This document shows positions 21,020 through 30,995 of a stretch of DNA of 30,995 nt, piece by piece. The notes beneath the pieces were generated by a model. The model saw only the letters and a list, made by a program, of their open reading frames with translations, searched no databases and had not been told where the DNA came from. How positions within the stretch are numbered: position 1 is the stretch's first letter; each line of letters opens with the position of its first letter. A program made the position numbers and the translations under genes. This DNA comes from Macrostomum lignano (lineage: Eukaryota): positions 1 to 30,995 of the forward strand of contig NIVC01004932.1 of assembly GCA_002269645.1 (NCBI GenBank), written 5' to 3'.

Positions 21020-21250
21020 AAGCCGTGGCCGAGTCGACGAGCCGTTGCCGAGCCGCCGCTGGCTGCGTCACCGAGCCGCGCCGCCTAGTCGCGCCGCCGC
21101 CGCCGCGCCGGACCGCCTAGCCGAGTCGCCGAGCCTGGTCGAGCCGCTGGTCGAGCCGAGCCGAGCCGAGCCGAGCCAGAAGCCGAGCCGAGAGCCGAGT
21201 GCCGTCAGAGAGCCGCCAGTCGCCAGGAGAGCCGCCAGTCGCCAGGAGAT
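21020..21250. repeat. GC-rich (ccgag)n/(gcc)n low-complexity tract with a duplicated agccgccagtcgccaggag
   Basis: Directly visible. Confidence 0.8.
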
Positions 21251-21470
21251 TGTAACGACCCAAGTGAGTAAGTTTGAAATTGACAAGTAGGTATACGTCG
21301 CCCCACACTGTGGATAACGATTATAGCTTGTTGTCAAGTGCTTGCTTGTCACCGGAGAGGCTACAAAACAAGCAAAAAGAGGCCCTACAAAACAAGCAGA
21401 GAAGGTTGTTTTATTTTCAGCGCCGACCGCATCCTTTATATACTAAATTTTAGGGGAGAAAGATTACATT
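21251..21470 (-). mobile_element. LTR-like segment; right boundary not determined
   Basis: TGTAACGACCC at 21251; minus-strand TATATAAAGG (21435-21442) followed by AATAAA (~21409-21416); a weak PBS-like TGGCGACT a few nt inside. Confidence 0.35.
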
Positions 21471-21769
21471 AAAACAAAATTGATGAGTTAAACAAAACTA
21501 GAGAAATTATTTGATTGGTGGAGAAATTTTGCTCGCGTTTAACTACTGTTAGTAGAGATTACCGGGTAATTAACTTCTGCCTCAACTGGCTTCCCTTACT
21601 TAAATTTTCGAATAAAAATATGAGTGAAAAAATTTAACATAGTATTATAAGTAGTATACAAATGAGAATCGGTAAGGATATATACATTGAATATACGCAC
21701 GTTCGAGAGTATTAAACAATAATAAGTATAGTGAGCAACGCAAAGAAGCAGGATTATTATGAGTGTGAG

Positions 21770-21960
21770 CATAATCAATAAGTATGAGCAATAAGATAAA
21801 CGAAAATAAGCGAGATAAGCAAATTAAGCAATAGGTATACATATTAGCAATAGGTAGGTTATAAGCAAAATAAGCGATAGGGGCACATAAGCAGTAAGTT
21901 CATATAAGCAAAGTGAGCAAAGGCATATATCAAATAAGCAAATAAGCAATAAGTAGTAAT
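21770..21960. repeat. Degenerate ~10-bp (ataagcaaaa)-type tandem tract
   Basis: Recurring ataagc(a/g) words. Confidence 0.6.
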
Positions 21961-21991
21961 AGAGCATGTTGTCAAAATGAGTAATAGTTAT

Positions 21992-22719
21992 TTAGTTATT
22001 AACGTTCATTCCGAACTCAACCGGTAGGCTGTGCCGGACTGGCCAGCCGATGAGCTCTGCTGTCCAGCAGACTTCATGGCGTAGCTGCAGTTGCTGGTGC
22101 GCCCACCCTGATTGCATGATTGACTGCAATGCATACATGACCGCTCGCCTCCAGGCGGCTACGGCCTGTTCGTGGCTAAATGCGGCCTGCAGTTCGCGGA
22201 GCGGGGTCTCGGCCTCGTTGGTTTGCGGCAGAAAATCTCGGCCGTCCAACCTTAATAGCGCCACTCTCATGTAATAAGTTTTGAGTCGGCCGATCAGTTG
22301 CTTGTAGGTATCGTGCTTGCTGCCGGGGATTTCTGCCAGAATGCTTGAATAATTGGCGCCATAGGCCATTAGTTCTTGTGATGCCGGCCGCCGATTGACG
22401 TGCACCGCCGGCGGAGTCGCTGGCGCGGCGACGGCGGTCTCGATCTCGCTGGTGTCGGCGGCTCCCGCTGTGGCGGCTTTGGCTGGATGAGCCGCTGTTT
22501 CTTCGCCGCAACGTATTGAGTAGGAGTCGACCCAGCTGGATATCGCTTAATTAAAGATGCTTTGGGCACCACCGGTTTCTCTGCCTGCCGCCTTAGCAGA
22601 GCTTGCCGCGCCTCAGGGTCGTGCGGCACGGGCGGCATCCTTTTGATCACGACTGACTTCAGCCTTGTATTTCGCTGATTGTCCACCACTTCGTTTGATG
22701 AAGCATGTACTGTATTCAT
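21992..22719 (-). pseudogene. Orphan ~240-aa ORF with one frameshift (~22410-22460), probably a transposon accessory gene
   Basis: ORFs 22369-22719 and 21992-22405 overlap in a GC-rich, coding-like island flanked by AT-rich DNA, just inside the 23155 terminus. No domain recognised. Confidence 0.45.
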
Positions 22720-22764
22720 AATATAATTAACATCGTACTTGTTTTTTCCGAGGCATACCTCATA

Positions 22765-23155
22765 CGAAAGTTACCAGATGTTACCAATTTATTTGAAAAG
22801 TTCCCAAAAGTTTCCGTACGTAATGAGTCATGCAGGGCGCTCGCCACTCATGAGGCCACTGATAAGTTACCATAAGTTGCCGAAAATTCCCTAAAACTCA
22901 CCAAAAAGTGCCAAAAGTTTCCAAAATGTTGCCATTTTTTACCTCTCCAAAAAGTTACCAAAAGTTACCATTCGCCGCGCTCAATGTTCCTAAAAGTTGC
23001 CAAACAGATAGCCAATCAGTGCACGCCACGGCGGCGCCCACCTCTTCAACTTGAAAAGTAACCACAAGTTACCAAAATTTACCACTATATTTAGCCATAA
23101 ATTGCCATAAGCTACCAAATGTTCCCACAAATTGTTCCCATAATTTTTCAACGGG
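22765..23155 (-). mobile_element. Terminus of a second CACTA/CMC-like element with a subterminal (aagttacc)n array
   Basis: About 20 aa(a/g)gtt(a/g/c)cc-type words ending at ...tttttcaacGGG (minus strand CCCGTTGAAAAA); same layout as 17000-17360. Confidence 0.6.
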
Positions 23156-23530
23156 CAGACTGGTGCCGTCTGGTGAGAGCCAACTCGAGTCAACACGAAT
23201 CGACTGGGGTACGCAGGCGGATGAAACAAGCAGAATGTCATGCGAAGATTTCTCTGGCGGTTCAAGAAATCAGTGAGTTATTGAAGCACATGTGTTGAAA
23301 AGCCATCACAAGTAAATTTTAGCATTTACAGAATTGCTACCTTGGCCCTACATGCTAAAATTCCTGCTGCATTGGCATTGAATGAATATGAAGTACCTTT
23401 AGATTGGGTGCGTAAGTCAAATTTGGAGACTAAAATTTAGGATATGGGCTATTTAAGATATATAGGTAAAACTTGATTGTAGTTTTGGTACCCCAATGGT
23501 CTAATCTAATAACATTCTAAGAATTTCTTT

Positions 23531-23630
23531 AATGGACATTCTGAGAATTTCAGCTAATGGGATTTCTGAGATTTTCAGCTAATGGGATTTCTGAGATTTT
23601 CAGCTAATGGAATTCTAATGGGCTAATGGC
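23531..23630. repeat. 25-bp tandem repeat (taatgggatttctgagattttcagc), 3 copies plus partial copies
   Basis: Directly visible; it truncates the RNase H fragment. Confidence 0.85.
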
Positions 23631-24340
23631 CCGAATGCCCGATGATTCACCTTAGGAACACCTTGTTAGAGGCACCTAAGCGGTTGAGCTGCCCGATACA
23701 GTCGAGGACTGTACGCGAACAGGTGGTGGTGCGCTCAAGGGCGTGAATCGCCGCTTGACTGTCTTAGTGGAGGGTAATTTCATTCCCCCAGACGCTTGAT
23801 TGTACAGCTCCATGGCGCAGGAGCTGATGGCGAGAACTTCGTTCTGGAAGACGGTGGAGCAGGTGCCGGTGTGTTGGGAGAAGTCGCCACAGTTCTCCCT
23901 CCAGACACGATGCAGTAGCCGTAGCCAGAGGCGGAGTTGATTTGGGACCCATCAGTGAAGCAGTGGATTTCATGGGGTTTCCAGTTGTCTCTTGTTTCAT
24001 GACGTGGTGGAATGCTGGTTTTGAATTTGAGCGGAGGGCAGAGCGTGGACGGGATTCCGTCCGAGAGGGTCAGCAGCCCTCCCACTGCTTCCAGGTCACG
24101 CAGGCTGAGGTCGCCATGCGGCCGGAGGTTCCGCTTTCTGAAGGCGAACTTAGCTCCCTCCTTCACCTCCTTTGCTGCCTTTCTCTTCTGAGCTGGCCGA
24201 TCTACTGGATCGCATGTGTGCGGGGCAAGGGCTTCTGGATTAGGACACCCGCGTCAACCTGAACTAGCTGAACAAGAAGGAGTTCATGCCGGCGAAGGGC
24301 GTAGAGGGAGCCGCGCTCATGATAGCTCGACAAGCGCGGC
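23630..24340 (-). pseudogene. 3' fragment of an RNase H-bearing LINE (I/R1/Loa type)
   Basis: QGRACRAIMSAAPSTPFAGM (RT C-terminus), HCFTDGSQ..SGYG, STVFQNEVLAI, H*DSQAAIHAL..SRTVLDC..LNRLG..NKVFLR*IIGHSG; stops and frameshifts present. Confidence 0.85.
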
Positions 24341-24374
24341 CTTGCACCCTATTTAGAACCTCAAGAACCCCTTT

Positions 24375-25766
24375 CACCTCTAGGGCACTATTCCAAATGA
24401 AAATTGACTTGACAAGTGAAATCGATTGGCGCATTACCTGTTGATTCCCAAAGGCAACGAAAGCAGGCTTGATAATCAGCTTGAGCCTTACCAGACATCA
24501 AAAAGAAGGCAAGTGGTACCTGCCTCTCCTGCCCATCAAAGCGAATTGCACCGTGTACACTGTAAAGCTGTTTCAAAGTTGCCTTGACAATGCTAAAAGT
24601 TCCGTCGCACTGCAAGATTCGTCGGGATGATAATATTTCTCGCTGAGTTGTTGTCATGAAGACGAAGTGTCGCCCGTTTGTCTCAGGAACTGTCACATCC
24701 TGCAAATGAAACTGGGCAGGTACATGTCTAGGATCAACTTGGAAAGGTATGTCAGCAGGTTCCATGGGGCGATCTTTTGACAACCTTCATCAAAAAGAAG
24801 GCAAGTGGTACCAGCCTTTTGCTGGTACCAACCTGCCCATCAAATCGATTTGTCTCAGGAACTGTTACATCCTGCAAATGAAACTGGGCAGGTACATGTC
24901 TAGGATCAACTTGGAAATGTATGTCAACAGGTTCCATGGGGCGATCTTTTTTGCGACTGTAATTAGCATTGCGACTTAATGACTCAATACTAAGCACCTC
25001 CTGCACTTCTGGTGAAAATTCTCTTACCTTCTCCTCCACAATAATTCTAGCAGAAGTAAACAACATGCGCTTTGCTCCCTCTTTTACCTCCTTTGCTGCC
25101 TTTCTCTTCTGAGCTGGCCGATCTACTGGATCGCATGTGTGCGGGGCAAGGGCTTCTATGGTTCCATCAGCCCGGCGAACGGCGGAGCCATGACAGTGCA
25201 GTGATAAACGCTTAGTGCAGCGATAGTACGTGTTGCCATTTCGCCGCGTTTTTGCATCCATCAGGTGGCCAAGGTCTCGTTGGACGTACTGCCCTAGAAG
25301 GTCTTTTCCGTGACTGCATCCCGCACCTGTAAGAATCTCAAAGGGCTGGGGAGGTGGGCTGCGGGGCGGTGCAAGCTCTGCTGGAGGAATTTGAATGGAT
25401 TCTTCCAGAGCTGGATCAGGGTCGTTGAAATCTGCATACTGGTAAAGAACATTTTCCGCTTGTGCCGGAATCAGATGCACTGGTTCTGGATTTTCAGCAG
25501 GTACAGCTGCTGGTCCAGCATTTGGGGCTTGTACCACTGCAGCCTCTGCAGGTTGGGACACTGCTAAGTTACCTGCAGGACCCCGTCTATTGCACTGATT
25601 GCAAAGCCAGAAAAACTCACCGACATTTCTCATTGCAGCATACTGAGACATTGTGACACGACTATCACATGCACGGTGCTGCCAATTCAGGCATTGAGAA
25701 CACTCAATTGCTTCTTGTCCATCGAGAACCGGCTGCAGACACCACACATGGATATGCGCCTGCCAT
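24375..25766 (-). pseudogene. Mutator/MULE transposase with N-terminal PHD and FLYWCH domains; rearranged and truncated
   Basis: ATG at 25766 (MAGAYPC, then a frameshift); PHD (CLQPV..IECSQCLNWQHRAC..WLCNQC); FLYWCH-like (YYRCTKR..CHGSA..HTC); MULE motifs LQCDGTFSIV..QLYSVH..VPLAFFLMSGKAQADY. Confidence 0.88.
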
Positions 25767-27099
25767 TTTGTATCTGAGTTCTTAGACTGTTTGTTGTCAG
25801 TGAATGAAACAGATAAATTTTAAACAGGCATAAAATTTACCCTGTTTTTATCCCTTTTAAACAAGTAAATTAGTCTCAACCAATAAGAGAAGAGAAGCTA
25901 TAACTGGTTTTAGATGAAGAAGAAATAGAGATTTGTTTATTACGAAATATGTTAACAACTTTTTAGGTGCCTACTGTAAGTAGGAAATTAAGACCCGTAA
26001 CCATTTTTGTCTTTAACCCAATTACTAATAAAATTTTCTGACTGTCTGTCTAACCCCCCCCCTTGCAACCCCACATCTGCCCTCCCCATTCTATCCAATA
26101 GTAAACCAGTTGTCATTTTCTGTGACCCCCACCCCAGATGTGGCCATCTTGGTCTTACACCATAGCAACAGGCCTAAACACTAAATAGCAAACGATTGAC
26201 AAATAACTAATGACATAACATAAGATATTATTTAGTAGGTCTGGTATAATAGTAGGGGTAGTAGACAAGACAATGCATAGGCTAGACAATGGAATGGCCA
26301 ATATTGGCAATAACTCACAATAATTGTAATAAAAAGCTAGCTTATCCAAATTCCAAAGTGTAGGTTATTTATTTCCTATTTCTCTAATGGATTAGAAAAA
26401 AGGCAATAGACATTTTCTACCTGGCTATATGGCAAAAGAGCTGATGCTAGGTCTACCGCTAAGCCCTAATGCAAAAATGCAAGTGATGAAAGCAAAGCAA
26501 AAATCACAAGGTCACATCACATGATGAAGAATCACATGGTTGCTTCAAGGACCTAATTAAAAATTAAAAAATGGTGCGAACAAATTTTCAAAACTCATTT
26601 TATTTTCATAAATTAAGTTTTAATAAAAAAATACATTACGGCTTCATTATTTTCTTAGCAAATTTTGTTAAATTTCACGTTTTTGTGAATATTCCGCAAA
26701 AGCACCCTCATCAATAATTCATTTTTTTTCTCTAAGAACCTTTGAAATTCAAAAGAGTTAGCGCACAAAAAACACTTACATTAAATGAGAAGTTATTATT
26801 TTTATTTTAAAAAATCATCCCCGTTGCCTGAATTTGCGAAAATCGTTAAAAGTATGAATTTGTGAAGTCTGTCAACTAACGAGGTTCATTTTTAGTATAT
26901 AGAAGATTGCAGTGTAAGATGGTTTGATTAGTTGATTGCATGTGCGCAAGTTTACTAGCCCGTATGTACATTTGTTCGCTGTACAATCATAATATATGAG
27001 TGCCTTGGCGCCCTGGGCAGCCAAGAGTCGGTCTACGCCTAAGCCTATTTCTCGTATTCGCTTGTTCTTACACAGTAATTTGATTTTTATTACATAATC

Positions 27100-27700
27100 A
27101 TGAGCATCGACGAACATCGTATTCGAACAATTAAGGCACGAAAAGTATCTTGGTGGCTTCTCGTACTCTGATACCGATGGCCTTATTGATATTGTATCAT
27201 GGAAAGGTGCGCCATCTGCTGTCGGTGAACAACTCAGCATCGAGTATTACGGAAGCCAGCAGTTAGTAAAGGTGCTTTGGATGTCAGGTAAGAGTTTTTT
27301 TTTCTATCAGCTTGTTTTCAGTGCGGTGTAGGGATCAGTAAATATGTACATGTACATGCTTTTTACATTTTTTCTCAAGTTTTCAACTGCCGATTACCTA
27401 AAATTGGTTTATGCTAGTCTGAAAATTTAGAAAACCAAAGCGCTGTTCGACAAAGTGGCTACGACTCTGGCTCATCGATGCAACCTCGCGCCATTGTCAC
27501 GGAAAAGCAGAGACGAGAACAAAGACACAAATGGCGGTTTTCTGGAGGTTTCTGCGACTACTAGATCAAAGCAGCAGCAGCAAAGGTCTTTGAGTGCTGG
27601 CAAGAAAGCAGTGAACGCAGTGACCGCAGCAATCGAGTGCCCAATAAAAAGCACAAAAGCATAAATCGCGGCTGGACGCGCTAAATCGTCTGAATCTGCA
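27100..27700 (+). pseudogene. Possible spliced gene fragment (exon ~27100-27287, next exon from 27431), resembling the N-terminus of a transposon accessory protein
   Basis: Frame GLIDIVSWKGAPSAVGEQLSIEYYGSQQLVKVLWMS ends at a strong donor (tcag|gtaag), with acceptor tttag at 27430. The family resemblance is from memory only. Confidence 0.3.
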
Positions 27701-28329
27701 ACAGTTGTCAGAATTGTCGAGCCCAGCTCTCAGCAATCACAAGCAGCGTGTCAGGCGTCAGCAGCAGCAATGAACGACCCGTGCGTCAGGGAGATTGTGA
27801 ATACAACCCATCTTGATCGAGTGCTAGAGAGTGTCTAAAAATTATCAGCTTTAACCAGTCTAAGAAAAAAGACACTTTCTTCGTCATGAACAATCTGATT
27901 GCCGAACGCCTGAGGACGTTCGGTATTTTGCAAAGCTGCTCTCGCGACTCGAGTCGTGGGTTCGCAAGGTACCCATTGCAAGGATCATTGACCTTGAAGA
28001 TAAGATAAACGAGCTTTATTATGCAGTATCTTTATCGTATACAAAATCTTGCAAAAATCATATAATACTAAATTATCTAAAGACATTTTGGTCGTAATCG
28101 GCAATGTCATTAGTCTAGCGTAGCCAGGGGACGTATCACTCCCCAATGGCGTTAAAAGGAAGCCAAACAGAGTGTACGCTCGTAGTCTAAAGGGGCAAGG
28201 CAGCCGCCCGAAATATTTGGCAACCTCCCATACATTTTTGGTGCCCTATTGAAAGCAATTAGAAAACAGAGAGAGTTTGAAGCTGAGCTCATTGTAGAAG
28301 AGGTGAGAAATGCGCGCAAAAGTCATCGC

Positions 28330-29275
28330 TGTGGGGTTCGGGGTTCCTCAATATTCAAGGCGACAAGTTGCATGCCCTTCTTGGCAGAGATGTCCTCTGT
28401 GTTCAAGTTAGTACTGAGGACAGCATCAGCGCAGTCAACAGTGCCACCGCATCGTTGAAGGCGTACCTCGAATTGAAAATAAGGACGCCAGACCAAAGTA
28501 TTCGCAAGATCGCTTCCGTTTGCTCGGCAACTGATGCAGTGAACTGGAGCTGGACAGACTGCTGAATGAAAAATCACCGACCCAGTCAGGTTCTCCTTAT
28601 GGCCGTCTCCCATTCTGGTTGCCGCGAAACCATCGGCTGGAATCATACTGTGTGTGAACTGAAAGCCAACCCTAATCGTCAGCTGATGCAGGATTCGCGT
28701 CCGACACCCAGGGCCACAATTGAAAAAAGTGCTTTCTACAGTGGCAGGTTGTACTTGATACAGCATTCTAGATTTTAACATACATGCATGTAACCAGATG
28801 GTACTCGATGAGGAGTCCAAGTCGCTGAAAATGATGAGCATGCCTTTCGGAAATTACTAGTACGAGCTATAACCAACTATTGTAGTTTTTGGAATTAAAA
28901 CCGCCCGGAGATACATATGGCAATTCATCCAAGATGTACAAGTCATAGTAGTATGTTGATGACATCCTCTTCGATGGTATGAATGAAGTGGAGCTTGGAT
29001 CGCGAGAGAGATGTTTTTTCTGAGGCTGGAAAGGGAAGATCTAAACGTGATCTTTCAGAAGTGTCAGCGGAACAAGACCCCAGTGAATTTCTTGAGGTTA
29101 GTGTTGGACGGCGGCAACATATACTTGAATGAGGGCCAGGTTGAAGCCAGAGTATGTCAACGCCTAAGAATTTAGTGGAGCTGAAGTCCTGACTCAGGCT
29201 GGTGACCTTTTGTGCCCGCTTTATCAAGAATTTCTCCGACGTGACAGCACCACTGGTTCATCTGAAGCAGAAAAT
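28330..29275 (+). pseudogene. Highly decayed Gypsy/Mag protease-RT fragment
   Basis: LLGRDVL; ELDRLLNE-KITDPVRFSLWPSPILVAAKP..IILC; QMVLDEESK..PFG; YVDDIL (28952-28969); PKNLVELKS*L..ARFIKNFSDVTAPL; many stops and frameshifts. Confidence 0.85.
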
Positions 29276-30291
29276 GTGAGGCATTAGCAGAAATGACCAG
29301 AAGACACAACAATCAATTTCCAAAAACACCATAATGCGATCATATGACCCAATCTGCCTATAAACATGCAAAGCTTGATGCCAAAGACTTCTGTAAATGT
29401 AGCAGCATAGCATAACTAAATAAATTCAAGCAATATTATCATGATATTTTCTAGCTACATGAATGTATGTTGATTTGATAAAAATCTTTTCACCTAACTT
29501 TAAATATAATATACCGTGTGCTTTTTTCTATGATCACGACTGTCGCGTCCTACTTTAGTATTCCTTGGCTGACCGTTGACACATTACAGGAAACCCAAAT
29601 CGAAGATGTAGATTAATCTTTAAGCATAAAAGTTGCCAATAAACTAATACGTACATTCACGTAAAAAGATTTCATTGTTTTTATGAACAACCTAAAAGCA
29701 TCTAAAGTCCCTTGGGCCTTGACAGAAATCACAAAGCCTCTAAACGCAAAAGTTTGTAAAGAAACTAAAAAACGAAATTTCGCTACATTTTCTACTATCT
29801 CAAGTAAAAGTAGAAGTCGCGCGAATCCTAGCGTCCCAAGAGGAGGACTATTCCACAAAAGCCTATTCTAAGTGCCAATGGCACTATCGCACTGAAAAAG
29901 CAGGGCAAAACATGCTGGAAATCACGTGAGAAAGCTTCGCCACCCAGACTCAAGCCAAAGACTACAAACTTTCAGCCTGTCAAAGCCAAAAGCTGTAAAA
30001 GTGTTCCAGAACTTTCTATGGCTTGTAAACACAACCGGCTACATTTCATTGTAAAGCTTGTATTGTCCAGGTGACCCAATTTTATTTGGGCAGCTTCTAA
30101 ATTTAGAATTTCGCGTGGCAAAACAAGAGGCAAGAGGGAGAGAGGAAATGTACGAAGTGTCCCATGTGTTCACATAGAAAATTTGGGACTGACATACTAT
30201 TAAAAAGACCAAATTGAAAGCCGGCAAAGACTGGCAGGTTTCTTCTGCTTCAATTCTGGCAAAAATCAAGCAGATTTTTTTACAATTCGAT

Positions 30292-30391
30292 ATGAAATTC
30301 GACTCAAAGAAGATTTGTCTTCTTCTGCTTGCCTGGATTGGAGTCTCTGGCGCTTGCGACCCCGGAGGGACTGGGAGCGACTGTAAGACTG
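30292..30391 (+). CDS. Probable first coding exon of a secreted or membrane Cys-rich protein
   Basis: MKFDSKKICLLLLAWIGVSG-ACDPGGTGSDCKT has a basic N-terminus, hydrophobic core and small-residue cleavage site. The CxPGxxGxxC motif is EGF-like, and a phase-1 donor (G|gtaggt) follows at 30392. Confidence 0.5.
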
Positions 30392-30536
30392 GTAGGTGAA
30401 AATCTCTTTCTACTGTTTCCAAGGACGCGCCTAGAAGCAGAACCAAAACCCGAGTTTGCAGAGAAAAGTAGCCTAAGGATAGGTTTATTGGACGCCATCA
30501 TTGAAACGCCTTGCCTAGCCAAGACCAAGGGGCTTT

Positions 30537-30995
30537 GGCACCAAGGAGCTTTAGCACCAAAGGGCTTTAGCACCAAGGGGCTTTAGCACCAAAGGGCTTT
30601 AGCACCAAGGGGCTTTAGCACAAAGGGGCGCCAGCACCAAGGGGCTTTATCATCAAGGGGCGCCAGCACCAAAGGGCTTTAGCACCAAGGGGCGCCAGCA
30701 CCAAGGGGCGCCAGCACCAAGGGGCGCCAGCACACACAAGGGGCGCCAGCACCAAGGGGCTTTATCACCAAGGGCGCCAGCACAAAGGGCTTTATCACCA
30801 AGGGGCGCCGCACAAGGGCTTTATCATCAAGGGGCGCCAGCACAAAGGGTTTAGCACAAGGGGCGCCAGCACCAAGGGGCGCCAGCACCAAGGGGCTTTA
30901 TCACCAAGGCGCCAGCACCAAAGGGCTTTATACCAAGGCGCCAGCACCAAGGGGCGCCAGCACCAAAGGGCTTTATCACCAAGGGGCGCCAGCAC
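30537..30995. repeat. ~15-19-bp minisatellite of mixed agcaccaaggggcgcc and agcaccaagggcttt units, running off the window end
   Basis: Directly visible, more than 20 units. Confidence 0.95.

Noticed and set aside
29600-30230. Cys-containing frames (e.g. RKCTKCPMCSH) as a transposase zinc domain
   Set aside because: Frames are short and stop-rich, and the Cys/His spacing does not match any family I can name.

Overview
Eukaryotic, intron-containing, invertebrate-animal-like DNA. It is almost entirely a pile of nested, mostly broken transposable elements and tandem repeats. I see no intact host gene, rRNA, tRNA or CRISPR array. From left to right: (1) 1-7.3 kb is a mosaic of mini/microsatellites, including three tandem 565-bp units that each carry a hairpin. 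(2) 7.9-9.1 kb is a spliced, frame-damaged RPA70-like OB-fold gene of the kind Helitrons carry. (3) 9.85-19.8 kb is a minus-strand Jockey/I-type LINE. Its RT half (9.85-12.69 kb) and ORF1 half (17.36-19.55 kb) are separated by a Mag-type Gypsy fragment (LTR, tRNA-Ser PBS, gag-protease, internally deleted pol) and a spliced CACTA/EnSpm transposase with one terminus. (4) 21-30 kb holds a second CACTA-like terminus with an orphan ORF, an RNase H LINE fragment, a rearranged PHD-FLYWCH-MULE transposase and a decayed Gypsy RT. (5) The window ends with a probable signal-peptide first exon and a minisatellite. The most striking item is the LINE ORF1, which reconstructs as ALKBH2/3-like AlkB dioxygenase (all catalytic motifs present) + Q/S/T-rich linker + gag-like triple CCHC knuckle. 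This suggests a retroelement carrying its own nucleic-acid demethylase. Many breaks are single-base indels and could be sequencing errors. All calls come from manual reading; no database search was run.
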